Counted from the first letter of the stretch, positions 26,701 to 35,175 are shown. The stretch: DNA of 64,000 nt from an uncultured virus (IMG/VR IMGVR_UViG_3300035675_000007) (IMGVR_UViG_3300035675_000007), one strand, 5' to 3'. Numbers and translations are program-made. The notes: generated by a model not told the origin, from the sequence alone.

Positions 26701-29483
26701 ACCAGTGAACCGACGGTCTGGAAGCGGAGCCAGTAGATATCGCCAGCGGTATATGACCCGGTGACATAGCCGAGATCGAACGAATCGTTGCGGGTCAGCC
26801 ACAGTCGGTACGTCCCGCTCGATAACAGGTAGATCTTGCCGTTGTAGTAGTTCGGGCTGGTGAAACGGGAAATAAGACCGGCATTCACCTGCCCCGAGTT
26901 CGGCAGTTTGTCGAACGAGATCTGAATCAACTGGTCGCTGTTGGTCTCGTTGATCGAGGACAGCGTGCTTGTCAGGCTCTCATTTGCTGTAAACCCAGCC
27001 TTGGCCTCGTCGCCATCGGTGGACAACTTGGACGAGGTGTTGTTCCACGCTCCGCCCAGATCCGCCGTCCCCCAGCCATTGCTCGTGGTGCGGGTGAAGG
27101 TGTCGTAGGCGAAGAGCGCGCCGCGATCCTGTGTTCTGAGGATGATCGCGTCAGCCGAGAACGAACCAGGCTGGGTCGCCTTGACAATGGCGTCGGTGCT
27201 GAAATCGTCGGTAACGGAGCTGATGATGAAGGCATCAGCGGTGAACCCGACAATGCCGCCCTTGCCGGTGATGTAGTGGGTCGTGGCCTGAGAGGCGGAC
27301 AGCGGGTAGTCGTAGAAGGCGACCTCGTCCATCGCCCCATTGACATACCAGCCAGCAGTAGCGTTGCTGGCGATATAGACAGCGGTGTCGGCGGGGATTA
27401 TCTTCGGCGTCCCGTAGGCCGACAAGTCCATCGTGCCGAGTAGTTGGCCGTTGATCCAGACAGGGATCGTTTTGGCCACATAGTCATGGCTGGCGACGAT
27501 GTGATATGTGACACCAGTGCTCGGCGTCCACGCTAGCTCTGGATAACGCTTGGTCCCGTCGGTGAACTGGATACGGAGCACCTTGGAGGAAGCTCCGTGG
27601 TAGTAGTAGAGAACCAGTTGGCCCTCGGAGGCCGAGTTCGGCCCCCACGAGGCGAGGAAGGCGTAGGCGTCGGTGGCAGGTAGGGCATCGAAGCGGACCC
27701 AGCACTCGATGGTCGCGCCGTCAGATGACCCGCCCGGCACGACCCCGGTGCCCAGAACGTATTCGTTCGACCCATTGAAGACGACGGCGCTATCGGTATC
27801 CCCGGTCACGAGCCCGGTCGAGCCGAGTGCAGGCGTGTTGATGTAATCGGCGTCAGCCGTCCCGATCTCGTCATAGGCCGTTGTGCCGCTCGGCTCGCCA
27901 AGCCGCCAGTAGGCAACCGGCTGGTCACCCAGCACCACGCCGCGATACGGCTGCATCGTCTTGAGGATGACGGCATCGGCGGAGAACCCCGTCGGGGTGA
28001 TGGTCCGTTTGACGATGGCGTCAGCGGCGAAATCGTCCGCTACCGTCGCCTTGATATAGGCATCGGCGGAGAACGAGGCGGAGTTGCCCTTGCCGGTGTT
28101 GTAGTGGGCGAGGGCAACGCCAGCAGGGAGCGCCTCGCTGTAGACGGCGACCTCATCTATTCCAACGGAGTTGGAATCAATCGTGACGAAGTTGATGTAG
28201 ACGGACCCATCAGGCGCCAACTCGGGATCGGTCGTCGTCGTGGAGTACGGAGTGACGGACGAGCCGTCGAGGTAGAGCAGCGTCGTCGTGATGTCGTCCG
28301 CCGGGACGACGAACACGAAGTGGTGCCACTCGCCATCGTCTGGGTAGGCGCTCCAGTAGCGGAAACAGTTGACGTTCAGCCTGGTCAGCGGTCGTCCGAA
28401 GTCAGGGCGTCCCATCAAGAACATCGGATACCCGGCAGAACCAAGCCTGACGGTCATGTAGTTAGCGGCGGACGCCTTGGCCCAATACTCGACGCTGTAC
28501 GGAGTCGATACTTCGACGCCGCTGGCGATGCTCGCATAGTCGGTCTGCCCGACAAACGTGACCGCCGTGTCGGGGTCGCCTACGAGCGCACCGGGTTCAC
28601 CAAGCGTAGGAGAGCCGGTGTAGGTCAGGTCGTGGTTGCCGCTTGTCTCATCTTCGGCGGTTGTCCCTGATGGTTCTCCAAGCCGCCAGTAACCGACAGG
28701 AGAGGCGGCGAGGACCGTCTCCCGATAGACGGCTCCACCCCAGGTCCGTTTGATGACGGCATCGGCCGAGAACCCGGTTGGGGTAACGGTCGCCTGGATG
28801 ATTGCGTCCGCCGAGAACGAGCCAGCTGTTGTCCTTTTCGTGATCGTGTCAGCGGTAAAGGAACCGCTCTGCGTGACCACCGGGATGGCGATCTCAGCTG
28901 AGGCGCTGAACGAGCCCGACTGAGTCTTCTTGACGATGGCGTCGGCATTCTTGCCGGTTCCGGCGACGGTTGCCTTGATGACAGCGTCGGCCGTGAACGT
29001 GACCGCAGGGGGTTGCCAGGTAACAATGATGTACAGGCGGTCAATCTGGGCAGTCGAGGCGTTGCTGGTATTGCCCTTCGTGCCCCTGGCGCGAACACGG
29101 AACTCGTTCGAGGTACGGAGGTCGTCCAGTGTCGCACCAGTCGCCGTGACATTCGCATCGGCCATGCTGGCGGTCGAACGGGTGATCTCGGAGCCGAGGG
29201 TCGTACTAGTGGAGTTGCGCCGGGCCTGCAAGCCGACGAGACCGCCGGTTACTGCGGCCGACATCCCGTATGTCGTGTAGACGACGACAGAGACAGTTGC
29301 ATTATCGGGGATGTCGGCAGTAGTGAATGCGGCGAAGCCGTAGTCGCCAGAAAGGGTCGAGTTCTTGGCGGTCGCGATGGTGGCGTAGGACGAGTCTGTA
29401 GTAGTCGAGTAGCAATAGGACGGGTTGGTCCAGCCGGTCGCAACAACGGTGTGCTGGTTGGCAGCTCGGGTGATGGTTGCCAT
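20697..29483 (-). CDS. Giant virion fibre/adhesin, 2928 aa: four LamG/ConA-like domains, other beta-sandwich domains, ~90 14-aa repeats, C-terminal BppU-like domain
   Basis: Four copies of P(V/L)(G/A)YWRL(G/D)E...DEVA(V/F/L/Y)Y; repeats such as SGSFSADAVIKRTQ; C-terminal MTTLVQGD...VNLGGCSVKFRM...GGVMYEF...DLDVAGDY resembles the BppU N-terminal domain. Confidence 0.85.
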   Translation of the reverse strand: MATITRAANQHTVVATGWTNPSYCYSTTTDSSYATIATAKNSTLSGDYGFAAFTTADIPDNATVSVVVYTTYGMSAAVTGGLVGLQARRNSTSTTLGSEITRSTASMADANVTATGATLDDLRTSNEFRVRARGTKGNTSNASTAQIDRLYIIVTWQPPAVTFTADAVIKATVAGTGKNADAIVKKTQSGSFSASAEIAIPVVTQSGSFTADTITKRTTAGSFSADAIIQATVTPTGFSADAVIKRTWGGAVYRETVLAASPVGYWRLGEPSGTTAEDETSGNHDLTYTGSPTLGEPGALVGDPDTAVTFVGQTDYASIASGVEVSTPYSVEYWAKASAANYMTVRLGSAGYPMFLMGRPDFGRPLTRLNVNCFRYWSAYPDDGEWHHFVFVVPADDITTTLLYLDGSSVTPYSTTTTDPELAPDGSVYINFVTIDSNSVGIDEVAVYSEALPAGVALAHYNTGKGNSASFSADAYIKATVADDFAADAIVKRTITPTGFSADAVILKTMQPYRGVVLGDQPVAYWRLGEPSGTTAYDEIGTADADYINTPALGSTGLVTGDTDSAVVFNGSNEYVLGTGVVPGGSSDGATIECWVRFDALPATDAYAFLASWGPNSASEGQLVLYYYHGASSKVLRIQFTDGTKRYPELAWTPSTGVTYHIVASHDYVAKTIPVWINGQLLGTMDLSAYGTPKIIPADTAVYIASNATAGWYVNGAMDEVAFYDYPLSASQATTHYITGKGGIVGFTADAFIISSVTDDFSTDAIVKATQPGSFSADAIILRTQDRGALFAYDTFTRTTSNGWGTADLGGAWNNTSSKLSTDGDEAKAGFTANESLTSTLSSINETNSDQLIQISFDKLPNSGQVNAGLISRFTSPNYYNGKIYLLSSGTYRLWLTRNDSFDLGYVTGSYTAGDIYWLRFQTVGSLVRAKTWEVGTAEPDWQISALDSNLTAAGDTGVFLYATGATNWPITVTLDNYSAAYPFAITASAVIAKTQSGSFSASAVIKATESDSFSADAVVFGTQSDSFSADGVIKATITPTSFTADAVILKTTSTSDTAFPSVDHLDGGFKGNDVPFTVTFPGGAPSSGELLVVVLGENTNVSINAKAGWTELCDASAVECILGVLYRIADGTEGTSTQFFSSPQEKGGGWQCYVITNYSGVPEISAVATSGSPSYDPPSLSPSWGSAKTLWLAVMAHDGSIAITGAPSNYTDLRADYWNNFEGAGCASARRELEAASEDPGAFTSGSGEQWAAATVAIKGMVSTPPITADAIIVSAVADDFSADAIVQATASDSFAADAITLTTESDSFSADAEIESGVVTQFGDFTADAVVLRTQSGSFGADAVIKRTWGPGTYAATVLADSPVGYWRLGESGGTDAVDQTGTQNGVYRFAPTLGVTGALTGDANTAITCNGTDQYVRVNNNTGQNVGDTFTVEAWVNRGATGAKRTILSESITGPTFELDSDGKLRGSEFNSDTTYVLTDDALTTGWHHVVLTKNGSESHIYVDGEEPAHTHPGTVTCSDGTTYLCIGAIYQATDHGYWNGSLDEVALYGTALTSAQVATHYAAGTAAHASFVASAITKKTQADSFTASAVIRATQPGSFAADAVILRGQSDSFSADAIIKKTWGGYDYAAEVLADSPLGYWRLDEPSGTLANNIGTGGDTYDGTITNDPTLGVSGALANDPDTAIYFDRTTSEYIVGAGMPIGYSDFTIEAWITFPLNSSFIMWDSFNEGYNAGSRLSYGIAGGQWASFNISSGYFIDVQLAYGDVWHHFVGTADRDGYMRFYIDGREVGSKDFTGASGWNVPNGDDFYIGRRRNATTPYHFTGDVDEVAYYLSALPAERVLVHYGAAKGGATFLASAVTKKTQSGSFTASAVIKATASDSFAADAVVLLGQSASITADAIATKSQGGSFTASAVIAATQSDDFSADAFISATRAGSLSADGIVKGTQSNSLAADAIVGGSTSGSFAADSILRTTTSQSLSADAWVLDPHPQFSFSASAFIQTQTSGFVVTSAIIKATIGSSFSADAIFEKGFSDSFTASAFILASRLGSLAADAVVRSTATGLLVADSVVKRSALADLTADAIVRRTYGYSWSADAIAKATIPGDFSADAFISAARTGLFTADSIAKGEQLGSIGADAVVRSTASGLLAADAVIRRTTQADLTTDAIVRRATSGNYSADAVVRRLITGSFSGDAIVEREASGSLTADAWVLDPHPEFSFTADAFIKTATSGFITTSAVIKGEQAGSFSADAILRWAVSGDFTASAFILAERAGSISGDAVVRRTGAEGVAADAVIRRVESASLTTDAILLLERPGALYADAIVRAIGAGSLSADAVVRRTTSEPFTADAVLQRFTSASLTTDAIIRATPAGSFGADAIVKGSSGAVSFTADAVILRPGSGSFTADAWVLEPHPQFTFTADAFILTPTSGFITLSAVFFGTQSASFTADAVIGATRSADFSASALVNATRSDTLYGDAVILRAQETAATADAIVARPQTAELTASAVIRTTRTYGFSADAVSLSPSSGSLVADAVVLSTTSGWLSADALLVETKTGAFTASANITSSGQGSFSADAVISRTTSASLTADALILATNQEPVSLSAVILKPVAQQLTADATVRGTEQGQLLVDAIVLSVHSESFTASAYIALVVSHSFTASSYFIASRSQSFSADAIIGLSPVYSFSADAFISTWRQGSFVTDAVVRSTRTTAVSASAVLRGERVSLANLDAIVRATRSTSATLDAILRRTAGASFTASAYIRRLTFTADAYLIPSYIPNIELDASLSTTEYAATTGITEYSAEALHTELAAVIDNDWSTLMTTLVQGDYKVTVASNIYEKDSDPVTYVNLGGCSVKFRMRKEDDKRFTVDEDAVITSVASGGVMYEFDEHDLDVAGDYLIFWRVTFTDGRIQSTSEGIPVTVRRK
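21160..23920 (-). repeat. Longest block of degenerate 42-nt (14-aa) tandem repeats, about 60-65 copies
   Basis: Protein consensus (S/T)(G/D)SF(S/T)A(D/S)A(V/I)(V/I)xxT; copy number estimated from length; boundaries approximate. Confidence 0.85.
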
Positions 29484-29743
29484 CAGTACAGCGCCCCCAT
29501 CTCGTCAACGGGGGGACCGCCACGGCTGACGCTGATCACCCGCTGAAGATCCGTTGACAGATACGGATGCCAACCAAGGGACAGGATCATGATGCCGAGG
29601 TGGAGATCGACGTATGGACCGAATGTCCGGCCCCACGTATCGCGGCGGTGAAGGAAGTCGAGGTGGATACCGAACGAGAGCCAGCCATCCCAGACGACTT
29701 GAACCATCCACCATTGACCGTATCGGCAGAGCCATTTGGACAC
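29483..29743 (-). CDS. Hypothetical protein (start uncertain)
   Basis: Trp-rich ORF coupled to the fibre gene start; the track's upstream extension crosses a strong hairpin, so a GTG start near 29743 is preferred. Confidence 0.45.
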   Translation of the reverse strand: MSKWLCRYGQWWMVQVVWDGWLSFGIHLDFLHRRDTWGRTFGPYVDLHLGIMILSLGWHPYLSTDLQRVISVSRGGPPVDEMGALY

Positions 29744-29781
29744 AGCAAAGCCCGGGTCCGAAGACCCGGGCTGTTTGCTGT
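29742..29781 (-). terminator. Long hairpin with cUUCGg tetraloop
   Basis: Minus strand ACAGCAAAC-AGCCCGGGTC-TTCG-GACCCGGGCT-TTGCTGT. Confidence 0.65.
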
Positions 29782-29855
29782 TCAGTTGTGCCGACAGGGC
29801 AGCGGGCATGGGATTGCCATCCCTTTCGAGCCCCATGGAATTGGGGCTTGCTACC

Positions 29856-30257
29856 TCACTGAGGCGGTAGGACGAGCCTGCGCTTCAGGAGGTCGGGGCC
29901 GATCTCGTCCACGTCATCACCGACGCAGACGGTTCCCGTCGGAAGCAGCCAGAGCCGCTCGACGAACCCGTCGGCCCGCTTTTTGCCGATCCCATATGCA
30001 ACGACTTCGACCGGAGCGCCGACGACCCCGAAGTGCCTGGCGGTGTAGTAGGGCTGATCGCCCTGCCTGACCAGGATCTGGAGCGCCGGCTGCATCGACT
30101 TCTTGTGGATGAGATACCAACGGCCAGGAAGCCGCAGGAGATCGTGATAGGTGGTAGCCCATTGGTCTTCGTCGAGATCGATCACGCTGACCGTCTCGCT
30201 GTCCTGGGGCCAGATCAGCAGATAGAACGGATTGGTTCCAGCCCATTCCCTATCCAT
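29856..30257 (-). CDS. Hypothetical protein
   Basis: 133-aa ORF coupled to the upstream glycosyltransferase; GGAGG RBS. Confidence 0.6.
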   Translation of the reverse strand: MDREWAGTNPFYLLIWPQDSETVSVIDLDEDQWATTYHDLLRLPGRWYLIHKKSMQPALQILVRQGDQPYYTARHFGVVGAPVEVVAYGIGKKRADGFVERLWLLPTGTVCVGDDVDEIGPDLLKRRLVLPPQ

Positions 30258-31083
30258 ACAGTCGCTTCCGAGCCTCCCTGGCGGTCATGACCTTGATGCC
30301 GAAGCGCCTGTTGTTCCGACGGAGCCGCTGCTCGGCTTCCTTCTCGCGCTCGGCGATTGCCTGCCAGAAATTCCTGGCGGTGATCTCGACCTCGGCGATG
30401 TGTCCGATTTGGACCGCGGTATCGACGAAGATCTTCGAGCCGGTCGCTTTCAGGTCCTCGCAGAACTGAATGTCCTCGCCCTTGATCCCGGTCCAGGTGA
30501 AGAACGTCGGCGGCGGACCACCGGCCAGACGCTCCTCAAGCGGTGGGAACGGGCCGGCGATGCGCTCGATCGCCCGCTTCGTGACGAGGCAGAAGGCCAT
30601 GCCGGTCGCATCAACCTCGATGACCTCGCCCTCTTCCCAGTATTCGAGCGACTGGTAGAGGCCAGACGTTGGTTGCTCTCTGAAGTAGAGGGTGGGTTGG
30701 AAAGGGTAGCTGCGGCGGAAGCAGAGCCCGCTGACGACATCGAGGTCGTGCTCGTCCCGCGTCTGGACAAGTTTCTGGATCGCGTCCGGCGGGAATGTCA
30801 TGTCGTCGTCGATGAACAAGATCCAGTTGCCACGCATGCGCTGGATCAGCTCGTTCCGCTGGGTTGTCAGGATCGATCCCTGGACGAAGATCCGATGAAC
30901 CCCGCCTCGCTCCACGGCGAAGCTGAAATCGGAGTGGAGCAGGCTCATGACGGTGGCCGTCTTGAGGCTGTCCCTGACAGGGATGGCGATCGTGCCGAGG
31001 AGGTTGTCGTCTCGTCCCCAGTCCTCGTTCACGGTGAGGACCGTGGAAGGGGCCACCGACGCCCCGACAAAAGGAGCCTTCAT
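30250..31083 (-). CDS. Glycosyltransferase, GT-A fold (family 2-like)
   Basis: IAIPVRD, QRNELI, WILFIDDDMTF (DxD), VDATGMAFCLV, GEDIQFC, GHI. Confidence 0.9.
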   Translation of the reverse strand: MKAPFVGASVAPSTVLTVNEDWGRDDNLLGTIAIPVRDSLKTATVMSLLHSDFSFAVERGGVHRIFVQGSILTTQRNELIQRMRGNWILFIDDDMTFPPDAIQKLVQTRDEHDLDVVSGLCFRRSYPFQPTLYFREQPTSGLYQSLEYWEEGEVIEVDATGMAFCLVTKRAIERIAGPFPPLEERLAGGPPPTFFTWTGIKGEDIQFCEDLKATGSKIFVDTAVQIGHIAEVEITARNFWQAIAEREKEAEQRLRRNNRRFGIKVMTAREARKRLYG

Positions 31084-31101
31084 CCGATCACCAGGTGGCG
31101 A

Positions 31102-31126
31102 GAGGGGCTGTCACCGACAACCCCTC
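31102..31126 (-). terminator. Stem-loop after the 98-aa gene
   Basis: Minus strand GAGGGGTTGTC-GGT-GACAGCCCCTC. Confidence 0.4.
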
Positions 31127-31134
31127 CCATCTGC

Positions 31135-31431
31135 CTATCCTACCGTCACGCCACTCGCTGCGGCGATCTGGGAGTCGTTGGCTGCGTCGCACAGCAGGAC
31201 GTCCCAGGTCCCGGCCGAGGGGAAGATGTAGGTGAAGAGCTGGTGCTTCCCGTCATAGCTGACGTTGAAGACGTAGCTCCGTCCGTACTCGACGGCGCTC
31301 TTGACCATCGCGATGTAGTAGCGGAACTCGGTGTGGTCAACCCGGTTCGTACTGGCGCCGGTGATATCGATGCGGCACGCATCGACCTTGGCCGTCGGGC
31401 TGGCTGGTGTGACTGCTACTGCAGCTGGCAT
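31135..31431 (-). CDS. Small Ig-like beta-sandwich protein, possible virion decoration protein
   Basis: 98 aa, GGAGG RBS; VAVTPASPT...YIFPSAGTWDVLL...VTV resembles Ig/PKD-like folds. Confidence 0.5.
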   Translation of the reverse strand: MPAAVAVTPASPTAKVDACRIDITGASTNRVDHTEFRYYIAMVKSAVEYGRSYVFNVSYDGKHQLFTYIFPSAGTWDVLLCDAANDSQIAAASGVTVG

Positions 31432-31532
31432 TTCTGGTCCTCCGCATCGATCCCACGAGGGGTGCTCCCGCCACGACCGCGATCTGCGGCTGGCCTCCTA
31501 CAGAGCGGCGCCAATCTTCCTATCCGGCCTCC

Positions 31533-32270
31533 TTACCACTGCCGTCTCGCTCGTCCGGCGAGATCTACCTTGATATGCGAGAGCGGAACCTTCTCGTTCC
31601 ACGGGGTCGCATAGTATTCGTCGCCAGGATCTCCACCCCATTTCAGGTAGTAGTGATCCCTGTTGATCCCGAACGTCTGACTGTTCCGTTCCTTGAAGTG
31701 CGGGTCTGACCGGATCGTGATCGACCCGTGCTCGACCTCGGCCGAATCGCCGTGCATCGCCTTGAGCGGAAGGCGCATCGGGGAGATCCCGTTGAGCTTC
31801 ATGCGCTGGAAGTAGTCGTTGTCCTCGAAGTAGGCAGGGAAGAACGACCACTCGTCGAACAGGCCGACCTTGTCCACGACCTCCCTGTTCAACGCGGCCA
31901 GGGCGAAGGGGTTGACCTGTTCCTCCTGACCGCAGACGAACCGTGGATCGTTGACGTTTGTCATCGCCGCCTCGATCGCCGCCAGGTCTCCTGGCCCGAA
32001 CGCGATGTCGGCATTCACGAACACCCACCACGGCCTGTCGGGCGTCTGGCTGATGGCTGCGTTGATCCCTCCGCCGTAGCCGATGTTGATGATCGGCCTG
32101 ATGTACTTGGCTGTCACGTGGCCATAGGCGGCGCTCGGTGGAAGCCTGTATTCCTTACAGGAGTTGTCGATGATCACGAGCGTATCGACCGGGTGGTCGA
32201 TCGACCGCACCATCCGCTCCAGCAGGTCGAACCTGTTGATGCAGGGGCAGATGATGACCGGCACGCTCAT
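31533..32270 (-). CDS. Glycosyltransferase, GT-A fold (family 2-like)
   Basis: VIIDNS, NIGYGGGINAAI, FVNADI, VGLFDE, YFEDNDY. Confidence 0.9.
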   Translation of the reverse strand: MSVPVIICPCINRFDLLERMVRSIDHPVDTLVIIDNSCKEYRLPPSAAYGHVTAKYIRPIINIGYGGGINAAISQTPDRPWWVFVNADIAFGPGDLAAIEAAMTNVNDPRFVCGQEEQVNPFALAALNREVVDKVGLFDEWSFFPAYFEDNDYFQRMKLNGISPMRLPLKAMHGDSAEVEHGSITIRSDPHFKERNSQTFGINRDHYYLKWGGDPGDEYYATPWNEKVPLSHIKVDLAGRARRQW

Positions 32271-33049
32271 CGCGATACCCGCCGGCCCCTCGTCTTCTTG
32301 ACCAGTGACTCAACCGGGGGTTCGCCTCCGAACGCATGCTCGACCACACGCGGCCACCACCCGAAGCTGGTCACATACGGCCAGCCCTTGTGCCCGGCCA
32401 CGCCGATGCAGCCGTTCCGCATCATCTGCCGGTTGTGGTTCATCTGGCCCTCGCCCGTGCCCTCCTCCAGGCCCTTCTCGTACCTGTTCAGGTAGTCGAT
32501 CATCATCTCGTCGAGGGAGCGGTCGTGGTGGATATGGGCACCGTCAGGTGTCCAGAAGATCGTGTTCTCCGTCATCGGCCGCGAGTGCTGCGTACCGGGC
32601 CACGACAGGTTCCCCCGGAAGAACCGCAGGTGGTTGTCCTGCTCCCGGGTGAAGTCGATCCCGTCGATCTTCGACTTGAAGTGGACCCAGGCTCCATCTT
32701 TCTGCTGCTCCCGCAGGGCCGTAACCAGATCCTGGAAGGAGAACAGCAGCTCCTCGGTCGGCCACTCGTCATCGCTGACGACGAAGATGAACCTGGTGGT
32801 CGATGACGCCACTGCCCTGCTGATGGACGGGTTACCGTGCTTTAGCCAGGGGTCCGTCAACACGATGTCCGCGTACTTCTGGGCTACCTGCAGCGTATCG
32901 TCCGGTGACTCCTGGACGACAGCCACGATGTTCTGGAACCACGGACGCAGGTAAGCGTAGAGCTTTTCGAGTCTCTCCCCGCAATTCCAGTACCCACCAG
33001 CAAGGGTAACGTCCCTCCAGGGGGCACGGGGATGAAGATCACCCACCAT
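32267..33049 (-). CDS. Glycosyltransferase, GT-A fold (family 2-like)
   Basis: SPDDTLQVA, FVVSDDEW, LRFFR...WPG.QH, IHH pattern. Confidence 0.75.
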   Translation of the reverse strand: MVGDLHPRAPWRDVTLAGGYWNCGERLEKLYAYLRPWFQNIVAVVQESPDDTLQVAQKYADIVLTDPWLKHGNPSISRAVASSTTRFIFVVSDDEWPTEELLFSFQDLVTALREQQKDGAWVHFKSKIDGIDFTREQDNHLRFFRGNLSWPGTQHSRPMTENTIFWTPDGAHIHHDRSLDEMMIDYLNRYEKGLEEGTGEGQMNHNRQMMRNGCIGVAGHKGWPYVTSFGWWPRVVEHAFGGEPPVESLVKKTRGRRVSR

Positions 33050-33965
33050 GTTCTCCTTCTAGTGCCTCAGTGTAGATCCTCTTCAGCCGCTCGACCACAC
33101 CCCATTGATCGTGAACGATCTTGGCGAAGTGGTATCCAAGCTCACCATACATCTGCCGCAGCTCAGATGAGTCAACCATGTCTGCCATTTTGTCAGCTAA
33201 CGAGTCGGGACTTGCTCTGTAGTAGGGGAGATAGCCGATCTCGACCTGGATGCGGCTCTCTGTCCAGGCGTCGCCTCCGGAGATGAGCGGGATGCCCATC
33301 GCCATCGCCTCCATCCCGGCCAGGCCGTATCCACTGATGAAGCTGTCGAACATGATGTCAGCCTGCGACTTGATCGCCAGGCAGGTTTTCCAGGAGACGT
33401 GCTCGATGAGCATCAGATCCGCTCTCGACCTGACCGCCTCAAAGGCGCTAAGAAACGTGTCCGTCGCGTTCGGCGCCCGCTGTGCCGGCGTCTGCGACAC
33501 GCGTGGCTTAGCTGATGGGCGCCAGTTGTTCTTGCGGATCGCCATCATCTGATCGACGTCGCAGGGGTTCGGGAGCCACCGAACCTCTGGCGCATATTGG
33601 ATCAGCCCCGGGAGTGCCGTGATCTGGAGGATGCCCTCGTCCCGACACCGCTTCGATATCGCCGGTGCCGTCTTGGCATTGAAGACGAGGCCGTGGTGGT
33701 GCATGAGGCGCGGCTTCTTGTCCCAACCGGGAGCCCACTCGATCGAGCTGAACTTGTCCATCATGTGGACGAGGTCCGCTTTCTCAAAAAGCGGGAGAAC
33801 ATCTACCCAGTCCCTGACCTCGATGTCGACTGGGAAGTTGATGAAGTTGTTCCTTCTCCTTACCGCCCTGACTTCCCAACCTGGCGCGTAGCGATCGAAG
33901 GCGAACTTGAGGGCTGCCCCGACACCGCCGTTGTCTTCACCGTCAGAGAGGATGAGGACCTTCAT
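33039..33965 (-). CDS. Glycosyltransferase, GT-B fold
   Basis: Start MKVLILSDG at 33965 (ATGA overlap); ADIMFD...YGLAGMEAMAMGIPLIS; LRQMYGELG. Confidence 0.85.
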   Translation of the reverse strand: MKVLILSDGEDNGGVGAALKFAFDRYAPGWEVRAVRRRNNFINFPVDIEVRDWVDVLPLFEKADLVHMMDKFSSIEWAPGWDKKPRLMHHHGLVFNAKTAPAISKRCRDEGILQITALPGLIQYAPEVRWLPNPCDVDQMMAIRKNNWRPSAKPRVSQTPAQRAPNATDTFLSAFEAVRSRADLMLIEHVSWKTCLAIKSQADIMFDSFISGYGLAGMEAMAMGIPLISGGDAWTESRIQVEIGYLPYYRASPDSLADKMADMVDSSELRQMYGELGYHFAKIVHDQWGVVERLKRIYTEALEGEHGG

Positions 33966-34486
33966 TCTTTCCGCCTTAGAACGGCTAGCCCCCAATGGCT
34001 GTCGTACAGCTCCTGCCACTCGTAAAGCCCAAGCGTCAGGAACTCGTCGGTGGCGCGCTTGACCTCGCAGTACGGGTCCTCGCTCAGCGGGAAGAGGTAG
34101 TCGTGCAGGGCAATACGCTTGGCCCCAAGACAGCCCGCCAGGACCAGCTCTCGCCATGTCAACTCGTAGGTGTGTCCCGAGTCGATGAACATGAGGTCTG
34201 GATGAATCGGGTACTGGGACATGGTCGCTGGAGCGACCGAGTCGGCCAGGAGGAACGCCCAGCGCGGATCGTTCCTGACCTCATCGTCAACCTGGTGATT
34301 GTTCTTGTCGACGCTGAACATCTTGCCGTCGGCTGGGAGGCCGGTTAGCAGAGCCCTTGTGCTCGCTCCGGTATAGACACCGATCTCCACGATTGACTTG
34401 CAGGCGCTCGCCAGGTCGATGAGGTGGTAGATGTGAGGCTTGAGGCCGGTAATGTCTCTCACGTGCCACGGCAGGGACTCGGTCAC
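33962..34486 (-). CDS. Class I SAM-dependent methyltransferase (Methyltransf_24-like)
   Basis: IVEIGVYTGAST, SVD, DLMFIDSGHTYE, IALHDY; GTGA-coupled start at 34486. Confidence 0.9.
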   Translation of the reverse strand: MTESLPWHVRDITGLKPHIYHLIDLASACKSIVEIGVYTGASTRALLTGLPADGKMFSVDKNNHQVDDEVRNDPRWAFLLADSVAPATMSQYPIHPDLMFIDSGHTYELTWRELVLAGCLGAKRIALHDYLFPLSEDPYCEVKRATDEFLTLGLYEWQELYDSHWGLAVLRRKE

Positions 34487-35175
34487 TCTGTCACTCCAAA
34501 TGCTTCGTTGATCAACTTCACCCTCTCCTCGAAGAGGGAGACGTCGTGGTTCCACCCGTCGGTCGCGATCTGATATGTCGAGTCCCATGGCAGGGGGCCA
34601 CCCATGACCGGATGGAGATGCTCGACGATGGAGTCGAGCGCCCGCCCGCATACACCACGAACCGTGGCCGTGTAGAACATCTCGTTGTCGGCGAAGTTGT
34701 GCAGGTAGCCCGGGTGGAACACGCTGTCCGGATCGTCGAAAACAGCGTAGGAGAGGTAGTCGGTTCGGACAAGCGCCTGTGTTCCCTGGCCGTTCTTCAG
34801 GTCATTCACGACGGCTACGGCATAGCCGTCAGAGAGGACGGAGGCAGCGGCCTCGAACCACCCCGGTCGGTGGATCACGTCGTCAGATCCGAAGAAGACG
34901 GACCTGGCTTCACCGAGATGCTTGACCATCTTGTTCATCCTGGTGACGTAGCGCTTGTCCTCGCAGTCACCATCGTCAATGAACGACTCGCCCATCGCCT
35001 GCAGAATCGACCGCGATTCGTCGTCTGAAACACAGAAGAGAATCCCGAACGGCTTCGGTGTCGTCGTCCGGATATGCCGAACCGTCTCCAACAGCCTCTG
35101 GGGCCTGTTGAGCGATGGGACGAGGATCGCTACCGGAAGGAATTCATCTAACGCAGGGTTTCCGATTCCCACCAT
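34483..35175 (-). CDS. Glycosyltransferase, GT-A fold (family 2-like)
   Basis: AILVPSLNRP, FFGSDDV, YLHNFADNE, VEHLHP. Confidence 0.85.
   Translation of the reverse strand: MVGIGNPALDEFLPVAILVPSLNRPQRLLETVRHIRTTTPKPFGILFCVSDDESRSILQAMGESFIDDGDCEDKRYVTRMNKMVKHLGEARSVFFGSDDVIHRPGWFEAAASVLSDGYAVAVVNDLKNGQGTQALVRTDYLSYAVFDDPDSVFHPGYLHNFADNEMFYTATVRGVCGRALDSIVEHLHPVMGGPLPWDSTYQIATDGWNHDVSLFEERVKLINEAFGVTE

Noticed and set aside
1..29483. Diversity-generating retroelement targeting the fibres
   Set aside because: No reverse transcriptase and no adenine-specific TR/VR repeat pair noticed in this window; one outside the window cannot be excluded.
29790..29860. Hammerhead ribozyme
   Set aside because: CGAAA is present but the CTGA-N-GA core and a correctly placed UH cleavage site are missing.
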